From Hemiscyllium ocellatum (lineage: Eukaryota): a stretch of 64,000 nt of DNA. The DNA is taken from NCBI RefSeq assembly GCF_020745735.1, contig NC_083402.1, positions 139,604,527 to 139,668,526 on the forward strand. The letters run 5' to 3'. The first letter of the stretch is position 1; every line of letters starts with the position of its first letter. The notes beneath the pieces were generated by a model. The model did not search any database. It had not been told where the DNA came from and was given only the letters and a program-made list of their open reading frames with translations. Shown piece after piece: positions 1-12,960 of this stretch. A program made the position numbers and the translations under genes.

Positions 1-34
1 GAACACCTAGGTGAAATTAAACAACTCTTTTGTT

Positions 35-135
35 ATGTAGTGCCATGGGATCTTTTATGTTCATCTGCAGTGGCAGACAGGAGTTTAACGAGTCATCTGA
101 AAGCTGGCACCTTAAGCAATACAGCACTCTCTACC
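35..135 (+). mobile_element. Deu-domain SINE (SacSINE1/AmnSINE1-like) relic
   Basis: gtgccatgggatctttta...gcagac...tttaac...catctgaaag..ggcacc matches the Deu core as I recall it; a tail-like relic also at about 57700-58045. Confidence 0.6.
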
Positions 136-786
136 ACAATAGAACATTATACGAGTGCAAACTTAAGCTTATAAGCATGTCACCACAGCTGACATGTGGC
201 TATTAAAAGTCCCATTCTTTCCAATCTGTACAACCTGGTATTAAATATATACTTTCCAATCTGTACTCCTTGCTGTATGAACTGTCCCACCCAATCCAGG
301 CTCAACTACTTGGTATTAAATGGAAATGTTGCACTGAATTCATTCTGAAACAAAATTAGGCAAAATACATATTCTCCACCTTGAAAGGGGTTCACATGCA
401 GCACGAAACAAAGATACAGATTAGGGCCTTTCATGAATAAAATATAGCAATGGTGCACCTTGCTTAATTTAAAACACACCAATGATTCAGCTCAGCTTTT
501 TTCCAAATGAACGTATGACTAGGATAAACAGAAATCATGTACCAGTAACACAGCATGTTGGTTCTCAGATGCCAAGCTTCCAATCTTTCTCTAACCATTA
601 GTCAGATGCTAGAAATCTGGGGCTATATTAACTCAGGCTGCTGATGCACATATTCCAGTGCTGTTTACCAAATAGCCAGTATGAGCCACAATCTCTCCCT
701 TGACAGTAACAATGTGAGGTGACAGTAACAATGTGAGGTGACAAATAACTGTGCAACTGATACAATGCTTAAAGGAAAACACTTAC

Positions 787-918
787 CTATTTTCACTGAT
801 TTTTAAATCCCGCTGTAGATACGTGAGGTTAGTTTGAAAACTACTGATGTGTAAAGCCAGTGCAATAATGTATGCCACTGTCTTAGCTTTCATAGAGGCT
901 GTCATTACATGTTTTACC
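787..918 (-). CDS. POLR1E: POLR1E exon 11 (VKHVMTASMKAKTVAYIIALALHISSFQTNLTYLQRDLKISEN); final exon outside the window
   Basis: ttttcag acceptor, GTAAGT donor, 132 bp; SMKAK..AY...LALH...LQRDLK motif. Confidence 0.96.
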
Positions 919-2344
919 CTGAAAACAGACAGAAATTGGTTAGGTTCAAGATTTGAAGATGAGATTTTATATCCTTGCACAAACATATTTTCCCATTAAT
1001 AGCCATAATACTACTTACAGCCAAATCTGACATTGATCACTAATTCTTGAGCTGATCATAAAAACTGTAAATTTATCATGTGGATTGTGTACAATCAATT
1101 TTAGAACCAGGATAAAAATATTAGAGTGCTCTTGAATTTAAATGTTTTTTATTTTACAGAGTAATATTCTTGCAAAAGCTTACATACATATTGACTGTTT
1201 TAATATTTACAAAAGTCATTTACCTGAAGTTGGCACAGCAAAGTCCATTTGACACAATACACAACAATTCATGTGATCTAATTCATTACCATGTGATTAA
1301 GTACAGCATACTTAACAAAGAAATTACTCAGTCAAAAGCAGTGTATAAAGCCCTAAATTTAATCCTGAAACAATGAATTGTACATCACATGTTAAAGGAA
1401 AACAGTGCTTCTCATCATAAGGTTTTTAAATTTACTCAAAAGACCACCATGAGAAATAGCAACAGGAATAGGTCACTCAGCCCCTTGGAACTTGCTCTAC
1501 CACTCAATAGGATCATTGTTCATCAAACATTCCCCACACCCACTTTCCTGTGTTTTCCCTATAACCAATTCCCCAACTGATCAGATAGTCTGCAGAATAT
1601 TTGTTTATCTTTATGATCACTGCTCTTTAACACTTCCTTTTCCCACTATATCATTTTATTATACATCTTTGAGTGACAGATTGTCCCTTAGCTGCAAGTG
1701 TTAATCTGAGCTCAGGTCAATTTAACATGCTTAACGTATAATTCATGTATCAACAGTGAATTAAATGCTGTATGACTAATTACTGCAATGAAGTTTCACC
1801 ATTGAAACAAATTCTGTATTAATGATAGACAATTGGCAAATGTTCAACACAAAACCAATGGTAGTTTCTTTCCAGAATTAATCTAAATACAGAAAAATTA
1901 CAATTGTGGAAACTTTGAATTGATGTCATTAGAAAGATTACTCAATACTGATATTTCTCAATCTTTCACAATAGCTTCTCTTTGCTTATTTTTTTCCAAA
2001 CTGGAGTGGATGAAATGAATTATTGATATTAAAAAACTCACCTAAATATACTTCAAGAAATCTGCCCCTCTAAACCCTTTACACTATAACTATCCCAATT
2101 CATGTTGGAAATGTTGAAATACCCTAATATAATGACAATATTCATGTTCCACAACTCAACGAACTGCCTACATATTTGCTCGACTATTGCCCACTGACCG
2201 TTTGGGGTCTATAGTACACTCCGAGCAGCGTGACTGCCCCTTTTTATTCCTAAACTCTACCCACAAAACCTCATTTGATATTTAATTTGCTTCATTCCTG
2301 AGCAAAGTATAATAGGTGGCAAATGCATTTTGGTTTACTTGTTA

Positions 2345-2478
2345 AGCAGGAGAAAGTGAGGACTGCAGATGCTGAGATCAGAGTCGAAAAGTGTGGCACT
2401 GGAAAAGCACAGCAGGTCAGGCAGCAACCAAGGAGCAGGAGAATCAACATTTCGGGCATTAACCCTTCATCAGGAATG
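2345..2478 (-). mobile_element. PLE terminal fragment (family of 56474-56889), decayed hammerhead
   Basis: gaaaagcacagcaggtcaggcagca...tttcgggcattaacccttcatcaggaat. Confidence 0.8.
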
Positions 2479-3092
2479 TTTATTGTTAGGTATCTAACCT
2501 TTGCAGTAAACATCAAATTCTCAAACTCAAATATAACTGCACCAATCTCCAACAAGATCACAGCCACAACATATTGGAAATTCATCAATATTTAATACAG
2601 AAAATAGGCATGATAAAACAGATGATCATGCCTATAGGTAAAGACATAGGAAAAAGTATTCTTTAAAAAAAGGTCAACATGGATTAAAGACTGATTTGAA
2701 TTGCCTCTTAAACACATACTAATAGCTTCATAGAATTTTTTGAACAACAGACTGTTGGCTGTTTCAGTGATATTAAGATTAGCTGTTACATTCACCACCA
2801 ATGAGGCAAGATCCATATAATAGTCTCAGAGAGCCTTCCATACCATATGTTTTTGATTCCTCAGCACTTCTGGATTTACGCACCTTGCATTTAGAAGTAA
2901 CAGAATAAAAGAACTTAGATCTAGATTTAGTGTTGGGTTTTCCAGATTGCTGATTTTTCTTTATTTCTACTATGGTGTAGAAAATGTTAATGGATCACCA
3001 GTGTTTGGGGATTTCTATTTGAGCTATCTTCCGAACTTTGGGAAACATTTATGCAATCCATTTTCTTTGGAAACTTAAAGATGGGCACTTAC

Positions 3093-3174
3093 CGTCCATT
3101 GTTATAAGTGAGGACTGTGAATTTTTTCATCAAACTGCTTCTTACAACATCTGCAACATCACTCCCAAGGGAAT
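3093..3174 (-). CDS. POLR1E: POLR1E exon 10 (SLGSDVADVVRSSLMKKFTVLTYNNG)
   Basis: cttcag acceptor, GTAAGT donor, 82 bp; FT.LTYNNGR motif. Confidence 0.95.
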
Positions 3175-3670
3175 CTGAAGCAGAAAATATTTAAAGTTAT
3201 ACTTGAGTTAAGCAGTTTACCCCAGATCATGTTTACTTTAAGAAAAATAAAAATAATATAAAAGTGTGCAAAAAATCATTTTAGCATATCAATTTTTAAA
3301 ACCAAGAGATACTAATAGATTTCTAGTGTAAGCTACTTATGCCTTAGCCAATTATACTTCAAAAAAATTTACGATCATCATTTGTGCCAAGCTAGAAGTC
3401 AACAGATGTTGAAGTGACCAATCAGGCAGGATCCTGATTCAGCATTTTCAGAGACAAAGCAAACAAAGCTTAAGTAATTTATAACTTTCATATGAATTTG
3501 GGAGAAGATTATAACTGCAAAATAGTTCAGAATTTTTTTTAAATCCTGAAAAGTTGATGAAATGACTTTAATAAAATATGAATTTATCTATGCCAACAGG
3601 AACACTTTTGTGACAACTGGAAAGTTGTTAATCATTTAAGGTCTATCAAGAAAATGTGGGGCAAAATATA

Positions 3671-3977
3671 GATTAGATTCCCTACAGATGCCCTTCAGCC
3701 CAACAAGTCCACACCGATCCTTCGGACAGTAACCCACCCAGACCCACTCCCCTACCCTATATTTACCCCTGACTAATGCACCTAACACTATGGACAATAT
3801 AGCATGGCCAGTTCACTTTCTGACTGTGGAAAGAAACCGGAGCAGCTGGAGGAAACCCACGCAGACACGGGGAGAACGTGCAAACTCAACACAGACAGTC
3901 GCCCGAAGCTGGAATCAAACTCGGGTCCCGGGTGCTGTGAGGCAGCAGTGCTAACCACTGAGCCACTGTGTCGCCCC
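3671..3977 (-). mobile_element. HE1-type tRNA-derived SINE
   Basis: Box A (GTGGCTCAGTGG), box B, V-domain core, LINE-like 3' end. Confidence 0.9.
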
Positions 3978-5288
3978 AAAAAGAATCAACTTTTTAAGTT
4001 ACTGAAATTCCTACCATTCAATATCAATTGAAAATTGCAGAATGAAAGATCTTCAAATCATGCCAAAGTACAAACTATTTGAATCAGACCAGTATTTTGT
4101 TTCGTTTTATAAAGGAAAGCCTATCCCTAAAAAACAGAAATTTCTTTGAAAAGCTGAACAGGGCATTGGCAAGATTACACCTAAAGTATTGTGTACAGTT
4201 ATGGTCACCATACTTAAGGAGACGTATTACTTGCATTGTATGCAGCTCAGAAATAGTGCACTAGGTTGAGTCCTGAGATAAAGGGGTTTGAGAAAAGATT
4301 GAGCAGGTTGGGACTATACTCAATGGAGGTTAGAACAATGAGAGGAGATCTTATTGAAACATACAACATTCTGAGGGATCTTCCCTTCTTTGGGTAACGT
4401 AGAATGAGGGGAGCATTTAAAAATAAGTGGATCACCTGTTTAAGACAGAGATAAGTAGGAATTCCTTCTTAGGAATATTTAATCTTTGGAATGCTCTTTA
4501 ACATCAAGGAGTGAAACTGGGATCATTGAACATATTCAGGACTGGATTAGATCAATTTTTGATACACAAGGGAATCAAGGATAATGGGGGATGTGCAGAA
4601 AGGTGGAGTTAAGGTCAGTCAAATCAGCCACAATCTCACTGAATGGCAAAGCAGGCTCAATGGTCCAAGTAGTCTAATCCTATTTCTATCTATTCTGAGT
4701 AAAACAGACTATTTCCACTGCAGTTAAGTGCTCACCTTTGTAATATTGGGTGCACCAGCTAAGTTAAATAACTGAGCAAAAAATTCCAAAATAATAAATA
4801 TACCTCATGACCCATTTAGTTATTGTTACCCGAAGAACTGTTGTTTAGCTCGTGTACTTTAACTGTAAGTTGATGCAGTACAGCAACCATACTGTCATTG
4901 GGCGATTTTACAAAACAACAACTGTTTTTGTTTAATACTAATCAACAATCGGGAGGAGATTTTGGGACAGTGAAACCTACTGGAAATTAAATTGGATACA
5001 CTATCTTCAAAAAAGTATAAGGCCCACATATATTTTTAATTTGAAGACTCAAAGTTCAACTGAATAAATAGGTGAAGTATGAAAGTTCCAAATCTGTGGA
5101 TTCCTGATCCTGACTGACTTCGTCCATGGTCACAAAATTTCAACAGAGGCCCAACTTCATACTTATATGCGAGGCAAGCTTTGCACAAGTAATGTTAAAG
5201 CTCTCAGTGCTCCCAAGTGTAATTCTCGGAACTGATTTAATGTACACGTCCATCCTCCGTATAAAAATAGACAACAAATAAATTTTAC

Positions 5289-5428
5289 CTTTCTGCTTCA
5301 ATTCACGGTCTCTTAAATTGTGTAATCTTATCAGAATCTGTAAGTAATGTAGGCAATAACACATATGACCACGACTTTTCTCATCCTGAGGTAAGGACTT
5401 CAGTGATTCCAGGACAAAGAAGGAATAG
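5289..5428 (-). CDS. POLR1E: POLR1E exon 9 (YSFFVLESLKSLPQDEKSRGHMCYCLHYLQILIRLHNLRDRELKQK)
   Basis: ttttag acceptor, GTAAAA donor, 140 bp; FV.E.LKSLP.D..SR motif. Confidence 0.94.
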
Positions 5429-5541
5429 CTAAAAGTAAAGAACAATAAATCATGCTTAAATATTAAGCTTCATCTTCTTTCATCTTCTGCTAGACCAAAC
5501 AGCATTTCCTTAGCGTGTTTAAAAATTGCAACATCATGTAG

Positions 5542-6246
5542 TGTTACATCACGGGGTAAACTCTCCTGCTTAATTTAAACAAGCAACACAGAAAAGATTT
5601 ATCCCGTGCAGTAATCTGTGAAAATTTGAGAGGCCAAGAACTAAATAAAGTAAAAATTAACAACTTTATTTCTTAAAGTATAACAGAATAATTAACTAAC
5701 AACTATTGACAACTCCTTCTAACCTGTCTCATATTTTTCCTTCTATAATACTGGTCCGATAAAACCCCCGATTAAGACTTAGTGAAAAATTCAAATTTCA
5801 AAATCAGCCAGCAGTCAAATCTTTATATCTTCCTCTGTAGAGTTGCTTTCCAGGTCAGTGTCGATGTTTTTCTCTGTGCAAACACATTCTCTAGACAGGT
5901 ACCTCTCAGAGAGTTTTCACTAGCAGCCTACATCCATTGGTCTTCTGGCAGTTCTCACTCAATTGTTCATTTTTTTCCCAGTCTTATACCCCCAAAGCAT
6001 CGGATTATGTCACTGGCTTTTAATATTGTCAATATACTCAATTCAAATGATTGGAGTTTGGTTTTTTCTGGGTATAATTTAAATTGATTGGCCTAATTCG
6101 AATTTGTTTTTGTCTCCAGGCAACCAGCTACATTAGCTGCTGGCCACATGTTACATTATATTTTGTTCAGAACACTTGGTGCTGTCAAGTAGTTCTGCTA
6201 GCTTTTAACTTACTTACAGGTACAGTACACCCACATCTTCATAACA
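5542..6246 (-). mobile_element. Solo LTR (705 bp) in POLR1E intron 8
   Basis: TGTTA...TAACA termini, 4-bp TSD GTAG (5538-5541 / 6247-6250), homologous to 37226-37965. Confidence 0.88.
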
Positions 6247-6415
6247 GTAGCAAAAGATGATTAACAGCTGTTATGAAATGTAAGCAGTACAGATTCTTTT
6301 CTGTAAAATATACTCTTCAGAACAGGAATTTATATGAAAGGCATCAGAAATTTAACAATGATGGTAATTATTGTGGCTGACAACCTCATACCAACATATT
6401 ATCTACTAAACTTAC

Positions 6416-6512
6416 TTGCCAGTTTGTGCCAATTTACTAATTTCTTCTGCAGCACTAATCTTCGGTAATTCACAATGTGCTTCAATTGCTTGATATTCAG
6501 TAGATGAGATGA
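6416..6512 (-). CDS. POLR1E: POLR1E exon 8 (ISSTEYQAIEAHCELPKISAAEEISKLAQTG)
   Basis: Preceded by U12 branch site TCCTTAAC and AAG; GTAAGT donor; 97 bp; phase consistent with exons 7 and 9. Confidence 0.92.
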
Positions 6513-8494
6513 CTTGTGATTAGTTAAGGAGAGGCCCACAGGTGAAAACGACCGACAATTTTAAGAAATTTGACACGAGTTGCAATTATCTAATTATTTT
6601 GATCATCTGCCATAATACCATAGTGCTAGAATTGTAATTAGACCAAGTGGTTGTCATCTCTTAAAGAAAGAGTCACCATCAAGATTTTCCCGTCATTTGA
6701 CTTTTATTCATTCACGCGATTCACTGGCTCTCCAGCATTTACTGACCATCCCTAACTGCCCTTATGGAGATGGTGGTGAGCTGCCTTCTTGAAACCCTGC
6801 AGTCCATGTGCTATGTGTTGACAGACAATGCCATTAGGGAGTTTCAGGATTTTGACCCAGTGACAGTGAAGGAACAGTGATATATTTTCAAGTCAAGATG
6901 GTGAGTGGCATTTTTCTCTTGTTGATCTCTGGGATGTGGGCATTCCTAGCTGGCTAGCATTTATTGCCTGTCCCAGTTGCCCTTGAGGTGGTGGTGGTGA
7001 ACTGCCTTCTTGAACCACGGCAGACCACCTGCTGTAAGTTAACCCACAATGCCATTAGGGAAGGAATTCCAATATCTTGACCCAGTATAGGCAAACTTGC
7101 AGGTGATGTTACCAAGTACCTGCTGCCCTTGTCCTAAGAGATGGAAGTGGTTTTGGGTTTTGAAGGTGCTGTCTAAGGATCATTGGGTGATTTTTTTTTC
7201 TGCAATGCATCTTGTAGACAGTAACAGCAGTGTGCACTGAGCCTCGGTGATGGAGGGGGTAGATGTTTGTGTATGTCGTGCCAAACAAGAGTGTTGCTTT
7301 GGCCTGGATGCTATCAATCTTCCTTAGTGTCACTGGTGATATACCTTTCCAGACAAGTAGTGAGTATTCCAACACACCCCTCATTTGTAGATGATGGATA
7401 GGCTTAGGGGAGCCAGGAGGGAATTACTCACTGCAGCATTCCTAACCTCTGACCTACTCTTGAAGCCAGTGTGTTTACATGACAAGTCCAATACAGTTTC
7501 TGGTCAATGGTAACCCCAAGGATGTTAATAGTGGGGGGAGTCAATAATGGTAACACCATTGAATGTCAAGGAGTGGTAGTTAGGTTGTCTTATTGGTGAT
7601 GGTCAAAGCTGGATATTGTCCACATCTTGTTGCATTTGAAAATGGACTGCTTCAGAATCTGAGGGGTCATGAATGGTGCTGAACACTGCACCATCATTGG
7701 TGAACGTCCCACTCCTGGTCTCTGACAGAGGGAAGGTCACAATATCACAATCTTAGAATTTTACAATACCTTGCACTTTACAAGATCAGCCTTGACCTTA
7801 TTAAATGACATAGCAGGCTTGAGGATCATACAGCCTCTATCAAGTCCTATTTCATATATCCTTACAAGATGATTCAGACAAAAGAAAAAAAAAATTCTGT
7901 TCCTCTCTCCACAAATGCTGCCAGACCTACTTTTCAGTATGTTGTGATTTTATTTCAGATTTCCAGCATTTGCTGCACTTTATTTTCGAAAAAGGTTTTG
8001 CTGAGTTCATGTATCCACTTGAAGGATGGAACAGGACAAGCGAGTTTAAGATAATCTCTAGTAAATCAAGTTGGGAGAAATATATTTACCTAGGAAGTAG
8101 GAGTGAGGAATGCACGAACACAAGGAGTAGCTGAGGCAAAGAACTTCTTTACATTTCAGGGGAAATTAGGTATGCAATTTGAGTAACAAGGAACAGGTGA
8201 AATTATTGATGGGGTTAGATAAAGATAGATGGGAAGAGGGTCATGTGTAGCATAAACATTATGTCGAGACACGCTGACTCAAGGCTGACTGTTTCTGTGC
8301 TGTAAATACCTTTGAATACTCTTGTTACTCCCCTTTCTCCATACCACTGAACTTAAAACCTTCTCTCTAACAGCAAGCACTACAGAATAGTAACCTTACA
8401 AAGTTTATATGTAAAAGACAAACTGAACTGCTTCTGGAGAGCCGTTACTGTACCCGTGAATAGCAAAGCTCAACTTGCAGTAAATAAAGGATAC
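6513..8494 (-). other. U12-type (minor spliceosome) GT-AG intron, POLR1E intron 7
   Basis: 5' end GTATCCTTT (8494-8486). Branch site TCCTTAAC (6530-6523) with branch A 12 nt from the 3' end. No polypyrimidine tract. Confidence 0.93.
6700..7740 (-). mobile_element. Decayed LINE of a second CR1/L2-group family (related pieces at about 27740-28230 +, 48400-48930 -, 49620-49860 -, 53000-53330 -)
   Basis: R.VLEYS..VW...TL.K.D.IQ.KA and LHHR...YKMHC remnants. Confidence 0.7.
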
Positions 8495-8602
8495 GGTCCT
8501 CAAACTTGTAAACATCTTCAGGCTTATCCGCATCAGCATGACAAGGTGGAAGAAAGTCTGACTTGTCCTGAGACTCGAACTGTGTCGCCTCACTAGTTAT
8601 AG
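8495..8602 (-). CDS. POLR1E: POLR1E exon 7 (ITSEATQFESQDKSDFLPPCHADADKPEDVYKFED)
   Basis: AAG acceptor, GTATCCTTT (U12) donor, 108 bp; LPPC...KPEDVYKFED motif. Confidence 0.96.
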
Positions 8603-9104
8603 CTTCGTGAAAACCAAATGTTGAAAATAATATCACATGTAGATTGCAAAACAGTATTCCAAGACATTCCATAATAACAGATGAAAGCAGAGAAGATGTA
8701 GCTGTTTCCTTACAATTACGATGCCAAATAATCGGATTCTATAAAGCTGCAACTAGTTAATCATCCAGTGGAATCTTCACCTGGCCTTTGTAAAATAAAC
8801 AGGTCATATTTATTTCAATGGTTTTCTGGAAACGGATAGCAACCACTTTTTGCTTTCTCAAACAAATATTCTAATCTAGGTTATGTTCCCTATAAGAATT
8901 AGCAAAGCATTTGGGATTTTAACATCTTTCTTGCTCGAATCAATAACTAAGTTCAAGGTCATAATTTGCTAAAATGGAATTGGCATGATCTCTGTGATGT
9001 CAGTCTAGCAGAACATAGCTAAATGAACTTAACTGAGTTCGTAACCTTAATGAAAAAGTAGCTTGTTGGCAATCTCCTCTAAGAGTATGTCAGAGTCCCT
9101 CTAG

Positions 9105-9810
9105 ATTCTTGTGCTTAGTTTTGGGCACCAAATTTCTGAAAAAAAACCCAATCATCTTGAAAGAGAGATAGTCCCAATTCATCAGAATAATAACAGGACT
9201 TCAAAAAAGATCTCAATTATGAGAATAAGCTTACATTCTGTTGGGTTAAGAAGGTTGAGGTGTGATCTCATCAGGTTCAGTATGACTAAAAGGATTCAAT
9301 AAGGTAGGTACTGAGGAATTATTTCCTCTAATGAAAGAATTCAGAACAAGAAGGCATCTTTTAAAAATCAGAGTTAGGCCATTTAGGAGCAGAATCAGTA
9401 AGTACTTTCATACTTTTTCACTGGAGCGTAGGAGGTTGAGGGGTGACCTGAGAGAGGTTTATAAAATCATGAGGGGCAGAGTTGAAATGAAAAGCAAGAG
9501 CCTTTTCCCTAGGGTGAGGGAGCTCAAAACTAGGTGCATATTTTTAAGGTGAGAGAGGAGAAAGTTTTAAAAAGGACATGAGGGGCAAATTGTTTTTAGA
9601 GAGAGAGGGGAATGAAATGCTAGAGAAAGTGGTGGATACAGGTACAGTTACAACACTTAAAAGACATTTGGATAGGTACACGGATAGGAAAGGTTTGGAG
9701 GGATATGGGCCAAACGCAGGCAAGTGGAACCAGTTTAGCTTGGGAACATGGTTGGTGTGGACTAAGTGGACTGAAGGGTTGTTTTCCATGCTGTATCACT
9801 CTATATAAGG
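9105..9810 (+). mobile_element. CR1-type 3' fragments (old copy plus younger HER1-like copy)
   Basis: SLERRRLRGDL motif and HER1-like 3' UTR. Confidence 0.82.
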
Positions 9811-10781
9811 ATAGTGAAAATCTAAAACTATTCCAATAGAGTGGGGTCAATTTTCAAAGTTGATAGATTGTGTTAGGTAAATGGAGTTCAAATATTGTTT
9901 AACTACTAAAGATCTATCCCTAGTTCTATTTTATTTTCTTTATCATAAGTTGGGTGCAGTGAGGCTTGGTCATTTAAGCTGATGCAGAATAGGTATCATT
10001 AACCGTACATCTGGAAACTGAAACAACCTAAACCCCAAAATATGTTTTGAATGCACCCTCCTGCTAATTTGCACAGGAAGTGTGTGATCTGAAACCCATT
10101 CAAACCATGTCAGCCAGCTCTGGCCTGTTCATCTCTCTAAGAAAATTTACCCAAATTCTGCTGGGAGCCTTCATATAAATAAATTGATACCCTTGGAAAA
10201 CTGACCAGGGTCAGTGTGGGTGTCATTGAGTCACTTTCTTTCAATTCTGAATTTTAGTAAAGTGCCTTAATTGGCTCTGACCTGAAATCTATCATATTCA
10301 GCTGTTTAGCAACACTGTTCACAGTACCTGCCTTAGTTTTGGACTTTGATGCTTTTCAGTGCAAAAAATGGCTTTATTTTTCCAATAAATATGTCAGAAA
10401 GGCAAACATTAGATTCTGTTAAAATCCATAATCCATCTTGTCACATGTTTTCAATGTAGCTTGATGAAAACATTACCCTGAATAAGCACCGACTATCTTT
10501 TATCCCAAAACCGAAATTATCCAATTCTGATTTGCAAGTGGTCCAGAGGTTCTCAAATAAAGGATATCCGACCTGTACCACTGAAAAGGTACCGCCGAGA
10601 CTGAGACTAATTATGGAATGTTGCTAGTGTCACCTTTGCACTGTTAACACTCGCCAAGGTGTTGTCTCACCCTGTTGCCTTACATCATTCGACCATTGAG
10701 AAGGAAAGAAAAAATACAAAATGAGAAAAGGCCATTCATATGGGTTCAATTGTGAGCAGTTTTAAATTTACTAATATTAAA

Positions 10782-11114
10782 GGGGCGGCACGGTGGCTCA
10801 GTGGTTACCACTGAAGGACCGCCAGGGACCCAGGTTCGATTCCAGCCTCTGGCGACTTTGTGGAGTTTGAACATTCTCCCAGTGTCTGCGTGGGTTTCCT
10901 CCGGGTGCTCTGGTTTCCTCCCACAGTCCAAAGATGTGTCTAGATGAATTGGCCATGCTAAATTGCCCAAAGTGTTCAGGGAGGTGTAGGTTAGGTACAT
11001 TAGACAGGAGTAAATATAGGGTAGGGGAATGGGTCTGGGTGGGGTCCTCTTTGGAGGGTCGGTGTGGACTTGCTGGGCCGAAGGGCCTGTTTTCCACACA
11101 GTGGGGATTCTAGA
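10782..11114 (+). mobile_element. HE1-type SINE
   Basis: ggggcggcacggtggctcagtggtta...ggttcgattcc...gggattcta. Confidence 0.92.
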
Positions 11115-11774
11115 ATTTGACACAGTAGGAGGTGGTGTAAAATGTCTAAGAGGAGAAAAGCTATCTCTTAAGACATCAATTTAATCTTTCATCTCCGTCA
11201 GGGGTGTTCAGACTTTAGCCCTGTTATTTGTTGCTTAATTTGACCGATTTGATTTTGTTGACCTGGATATTTGGAAAGAACCGTTCTGAGCGCAGCTTCC
11301 TTATGAGTGCTAAATCATTGATCAGAACTTGGGGATCTGATAATGTCAGCAAATCAAGAGGAACTGAAATTAGTGGAAGACAGCAAATTAGGTTTATCCT
11401 CAAAGTTGTATGGTATACAACGCTGTCAGCAACAAAGGCAGAAAGCATTGAAACTGTATACATATTGACTGCTTTCAAGATGAGAGGTTATTTTTTTCCT
11501 GGATTGGAAATCTATATTAATGGGACACAGTTTCAGGATAAAGGTTAAATTATTAGGAGATAAGTGGAATTCCTGCAGTAATATGATTGTGAAGATTTGG
11601 AATTGTCTATCCCTGAGATAGACATGTTTTAGCTTCTTTGGGAATCAAGGCACACAGAGTACAGGAGATGAAACAGAAGCTCAAAGATGACAGTACTGAT
11701 TAGCAAAGCATGCTCAGTGCCACGCAGCCTATTCCTGCTCCTATTCCCTATGCACTTATAATAATTTATAAAAA

Positions 11775-12450
11775 ATAGGAATACATCATGGCTGATCTGA
11801 CATTCCTCACAACCGTTCTACTGCCCTTTCCCATAACACTGGATTTCCCTAGTGATCAAGAATCTATCCCATCCTTAAATATTCCAAGGACTCTGCCCCC
11901 ACAGCTCTCTGTTGGAAGGAGTTCCAAAGACTTTCACAACTCTGAGAAAAAAATTTCTCCTCATCTCAGTTTTAAATTGGCATTCCTCTATTCTGATACG
12001 ATGCCCTCTAGTCCTAGGCTCTCCCATGAGGAACCATCCTCTTGGCATTACCCCTGTCAAGCCCCTTAAGAATCCTATGTTTCAATAAAACTGCCTCTTG
12101 TTCTTCTAAATTCCAATGAGTACAGTACCAACTGGTTTAACCTTTACTCAGAAGGCAATCCCTCAACATTTACTAATTATCTTAGCAAACCTTTTCTAAA
12201 CTGTGTCCAGTGAAATAAAATCTTCCTTTAAACCAGTGGATCAAAACTGCTTAACTACTCCAGACATGGTCTCACCAGCACCTTGCACAGTTACAGTAAG
12301 ACTTTCTTATTCTGAGACTCCAACCCCCTTTAAATAAGGGGCAAAATTCCACTAGCCTTCCTGATTACCTGCTGCAGCTGTGAGCTAGTTTTGTATGTTT
12401 TGTGTACAAGTCCCTTTGTGTTTCAGCTTTCTGCAATTTCTCCCCAGTTA
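11775..12450 (-). mobile_element. Decayed CR1 3' fragment (similar relics at about 4100-4700 +, 22714-22925 -, 27300-27720 +, 40561-40880 -, 57420-57700 -, 58350-58930 +, 60925-61530 -, 62210-63140 -, 63340-63750 +)
   Basis: GEPRTRGH...FKTEMRRNFF..RVV motif on the minus strand. Confidence 0.78.
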
Positions 12451-12676
12451 AATAATACTAACCCCACAATCTCAAGACTGAAGCGGTTTCCAGAATGTTT
12501 CAGATTCTTCATCTTCTAATCTTGAGAATGAAATGAAATGTTATTCAATGAGCCTAAAACATGACAAAGAAATACCTTCCAGCTTCTCTGGAACTTGTAT
12601 CCTCTAACCTTCCAAAACTGAAGTTAAACAAGCTGATTATATCCATCACACGCATTATTTTGAAATTTTTATCAAG

Positions 12677-12960
12677 ATGGTGGCTCAGTAGATGGTACTG
12701 CTGCCTCAGTGCCAGGGAACCAGTTTCGATTCCAGCCTCGGGTGACTGCCTGTATGGAGTTTGCGCATTATCTCTACGTGTGCGTTTGTTTCCTCTGTCA
12801 GTCCAAAGATGTGCAGGTTAAGTGCATTAGCCATGGGAAATGCAGGGTGACAGGAATAGGGTAGAGGAGGTATGGATCTGGGTTGGATGATCTTCGGAAG
12901 GTGTGGAATTAATGAGCCGAATCCCGTGCTTCCATACTTTTGGGGTTTTGTGATTCTAAG
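12677..12960 (+). mobile_element. HE1-type SINE (decayed)
   Basis: Same head, core and tail. Confidence 0.85.

Noticed and set aside
701-743. 19-bp tandem duplication tgacagtaacaatgtgagg
   Set aside because: Simple local slippage in intron 11; no sign of function.
1-786. POLR1E terminal exon
   Set aside because: No in-phase acceptor with the expected C-terminal peptide found; it presumably lies left of the window.
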